Assembly: GCA_002104945.1 (NCBI GenBank)
Contig: MCFH01000011.1
Coordinates: forward strand, 744,001-808,000
Source: Piromyces finnis finn
Lineage: Eukaryota > Fungi > Neocallimastigomycota
Length of the DNA stretch: 64,000 bases
Direction: 5' to 3'
Shown: piece by piece, positions 61,363 through 64,000 of the stretch
Position numbering within the stretch: position 1 is the stretch's first letter
How the letters are laid out: each line of letters begins with the position of its first letter
Notes under the pieces: generated by a model
What the model saw: the letters and a program-made list of their open reading frames with translations, nothing else
What the model was told of the DNA's origin: nothing
The model's database searches: none
Position numbers and translations under genes: made by a program

Positions 61363-62379
61363 ATGAAGTGTATTTCAAATTTCATTATTTTAGCACTTGT
61401 TAGTGTTACTACCGTTTTCTGTGCTCCAACTAAAGTAGCAAGTATTATAAGTGATCGTTTAACTTACAACCTTTACAATAATGGTAAGGCTTCTCTTGTA
61501 AAAGCACCATATGGTAGTTTAACCGAAATTACCATTCCAGGTTCTGTTAGTTTCAACGGTAAAAGATACCTTGTAAATGAAATTGTTGCTAATGCATTTT
61601 TAGACAAAGAAGTCAATAAGATTACCATTGATAGCAGTAATACTGGTATTCGTATTAACGAAAACGCTTTCTACGGTATTAGAAATTTAAAGGAATTTAA
61701 TATTAACAGCAAATATGTAGAACCAGAAATTGGTGCTTTCTATAATGCTGGTAACAATATCTATTTTAAAGGTTCTGGTATTCCATCAGCTGTTAATAGA
61801 TACAGTGAAAAATTACTTAATAAATGGGATTTACCAGTTGGTAAGAATTACAAGTATGTTGACGATTGGGACAGAATGAAGGAAATCTTTACTCTTGCTA
61901 AAAGAATTCAAGAAACCTATAATATTTATGATAAGGTTGCTGATGCTAATAGTACTACCGCTGCTATATTTATTGGTGCTGGTAGCAGTGTTGGTTTATC
62001 TAGAGTCTTCCGTACCATTGCTCTTGTTATGGGTATTCCAGAAAATGAATTCCTTACCGGTTATGACAACATCCATGTAAGTTGGAATTATGTTAAGGTT
62101 GATATTAACAAGGGTAAGAAATGGTACGTTTTTGATATCCAAGATAAAATTGGTAAAAACACTCTTTGGAACTTAAGTGCCTTTAAGGAAGAAACCAAAT
62201 TAGTTGCAACTCTTAAAAAATTTTATGGTAGTGGTTACACTATTAATCCAAATGATTTTGTTATTCTTAACAGACGTTATGTTTATCAAAATGAATCAAG
62301 TAACGGACTTAAGGAATCTGAAAACTTCAACGATTGGTTAAAGAGAACCAACGGTGGTGAACGTACTTTAAGTAACTAA
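61363..62379 (+). CDS. Secreted protein with BspA-type leucine-rich repeats and a C-terminal transglutaminase-like domain
   Basis: Hydrophobic signal peptide; EITIPGSVSFNGKRYLVNEIVANAF and INENAFYGIRNLKEF (LRR_5-like); GAGSSVGLS...HVSWNYV...KWYVFD (transglutaminase-like); single intact 338-aa ORF. Confidence 0.8.
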   Translation: MKCISNFIILALVSVTTVFCAPTKVASIISDRLTYNLYNNGKASLVKAPYGSLTEITIPGSVSFNGKRYLVNEIVANAFLDKEVNKITIDSSNTGIRINENAFYGIRNLKEFNINSKYVEPEIGAFYNAGNNIYFKGSGIPSAVNRYSEKLLNKWDLPVGKNYKYVDDWDRMKEIFTLAKRIQETYNIYDKVADANSTTAAIFIGAGSSVGLSRVFRTIALVMGIPENEFLTGYDNIHVSWNYVKVDINKGKKWYVFDIQDKIGKNTLWNLSAFKEETKLVATLKKFYGSGYTINPNDFVILNRRYVYQNESSNGLKESENFNDWLKRTNGGERTLSN

Positions 62380-63339
62380 GTTTAATTAATTTTAATATTA
62401 AATTAATTATAAAAGGTTTATTTTATTTAAAAAAGAATAGATATATTTTTCTATTAAATAAAAATATAACCTCACAACTTATCATAATAAAATATACTTT
62501 TTTTTTTTTTTTTAGAAAAAATGAAATAAAAAGTAAAATAAAAAAATTAGCATAACTAATAATATTATTATAAAAATTAAATAATTAATCCCAAAATAAT
62601 TATAAATAATTATATATTAATCCATCATAAATATATATTATCATATAATCATATAATCTATTATTTAATAAAAATATATTTAACAAAAAAACTTTTTTTT
62701 TTATGTGTGTATAATGAGTATCTACAAATTAGAATACTAGATCATTTATCACTTTTATTATTTATATTTTATTTCTGTAGAAGGTTTTGAATAGGTAACG
62801 TGAAATTTTTAGTATTAAAAAATAAGTAATATACTGTATAACACACACCTTTTATCTGGAGCAACTTTCAAAGAATTGAAATGCCACAAAATGCAAAAAA
62901 AAAATATATATATAAATAATATTTATTTCAATAATATTTAAAGTTTTGTAACTCATTTTGTGTTTTATCAATAATATATATATATATATTATAATACCTG
63001 TAACAACAACAACAATAACAACATAGTTAATTGAATGAATAAAAATAAAAGCTATATAATTAAAGCTTTTTTTGTTTAATAATGTACCATTATTACATAC
63101 TACAGGTATTATAAATTACAACAAAAGAATAATTACCCACTCATTAATAATATTATTATAAAAAAAATTAATATAATATCAAACAAAATAAAAACTTTAT
63201 TAAATTTGTTGTTGAATTTTTGAAACTATACATAAAATGAAGCAACACTTTAATTTTGTGTAAATTAATTAATAGAAAAAGAAAATAATGAAATGTCTGA
63301 TAATAGCAATAATAAATAATAAATAATAATAATTAGAAT

Positions 63340-63354
63340 ATTAATAATAATTAG

Positions 63355-63405
<51 letters not shown>

Positions 63406-63446
63406 TAGAATATTAAATAATAATAATAATAATAATTAGAATATTA

Positions 63447-63536
<90 letters not shown>

Positions 63537-63565
63537 CTATAATAATAATAATAATAATAATAATC

Positions 63566-63601
<36 letters not shown>

Positions 63602-63660
63602 TAATAATAATTAGAATATTAATAATAATTAGAATAATAATAATAATAATAATAATTAGA
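63340..63660 (+). repeat. Long imperfect (AAT)n microsatellite with TAGAATATT interruptions
   Basis: Direct reading. Confidence 0.92.
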
Positions 63661-64000
63661 ATAGTTAATATTATAAAATGACTATGTTACAAGTACATTG
63701 ATATATGTTTCTTATTCTGTTATTATTATTAAACTTGTGTAATTTCTTTTAATTTTTATAATAATCAATAGTTTTAAGGAAACATTATTTTCAATAATTT
63801 CTCAAAAAAAAAAAAAAACTCTATTGACTTGCCAATCCTCACAGATGATGAATAATGACCCTCGTAGGATCAGAATAACAAACAGATAAAGAGTATAAAG
63901 ATGAATTAAATAATGTTTTTCTGGGATTCATATTGTATTGTTATATTTAATTTAATGCGCCAAAACTATGAAATAAAATTTTTTTCTACTACAAATACAC

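Noticed and set aside
63790-63900. Box C/D snoRNA suggested by ATGATGA
   Set aside because: No downstream CTGA box D or terminal stem on the same strand.

Overview
Extremely AT-rich eukaryotic DNA, most consistent with an anaerobic gut fungus (Neocallimastigomycota). This is inferred from a CBM1 gene end, Asn-rich ORFs and chromoviral Ty3/Gypsy elements. Two host genes (a CBM1-bearing CDS end at 1-180 and a secreted LRR/transglutaminase-like gene at 61363-62379) bracket a ~61-kb transposon island. The island holds one LINE, two full-length chromodomain Ty3/Gypsy elements with intact single ORFs, a gag-protease-only LTR element, decayed Gypsy copies and at least 14 solo LTRs whose target-site duplications (TSDs) can be read directly. 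The main result is a complete, circularly permuted CRESS-DNA (genomovirus/geminivirus-like) virus genome at 35226-51433, with Rep, capsid and a TAATATTAT origin stem-loop. It is integrated inside a solo LTR and bounded by a 6-bp direct repeat (TCATGT) within rep. Joining the ends and removing a TSD-flanked 13-kb nested LTR stack restores an uninterrupted 343-aa Rep. Other signals are a six-unit array of covarying ~50-nt RNA hairpins, Tf1-type self-priming PBSs, and two different elements inserted in tandem at the same 4-bp site in a Gypsy LTR terminus.
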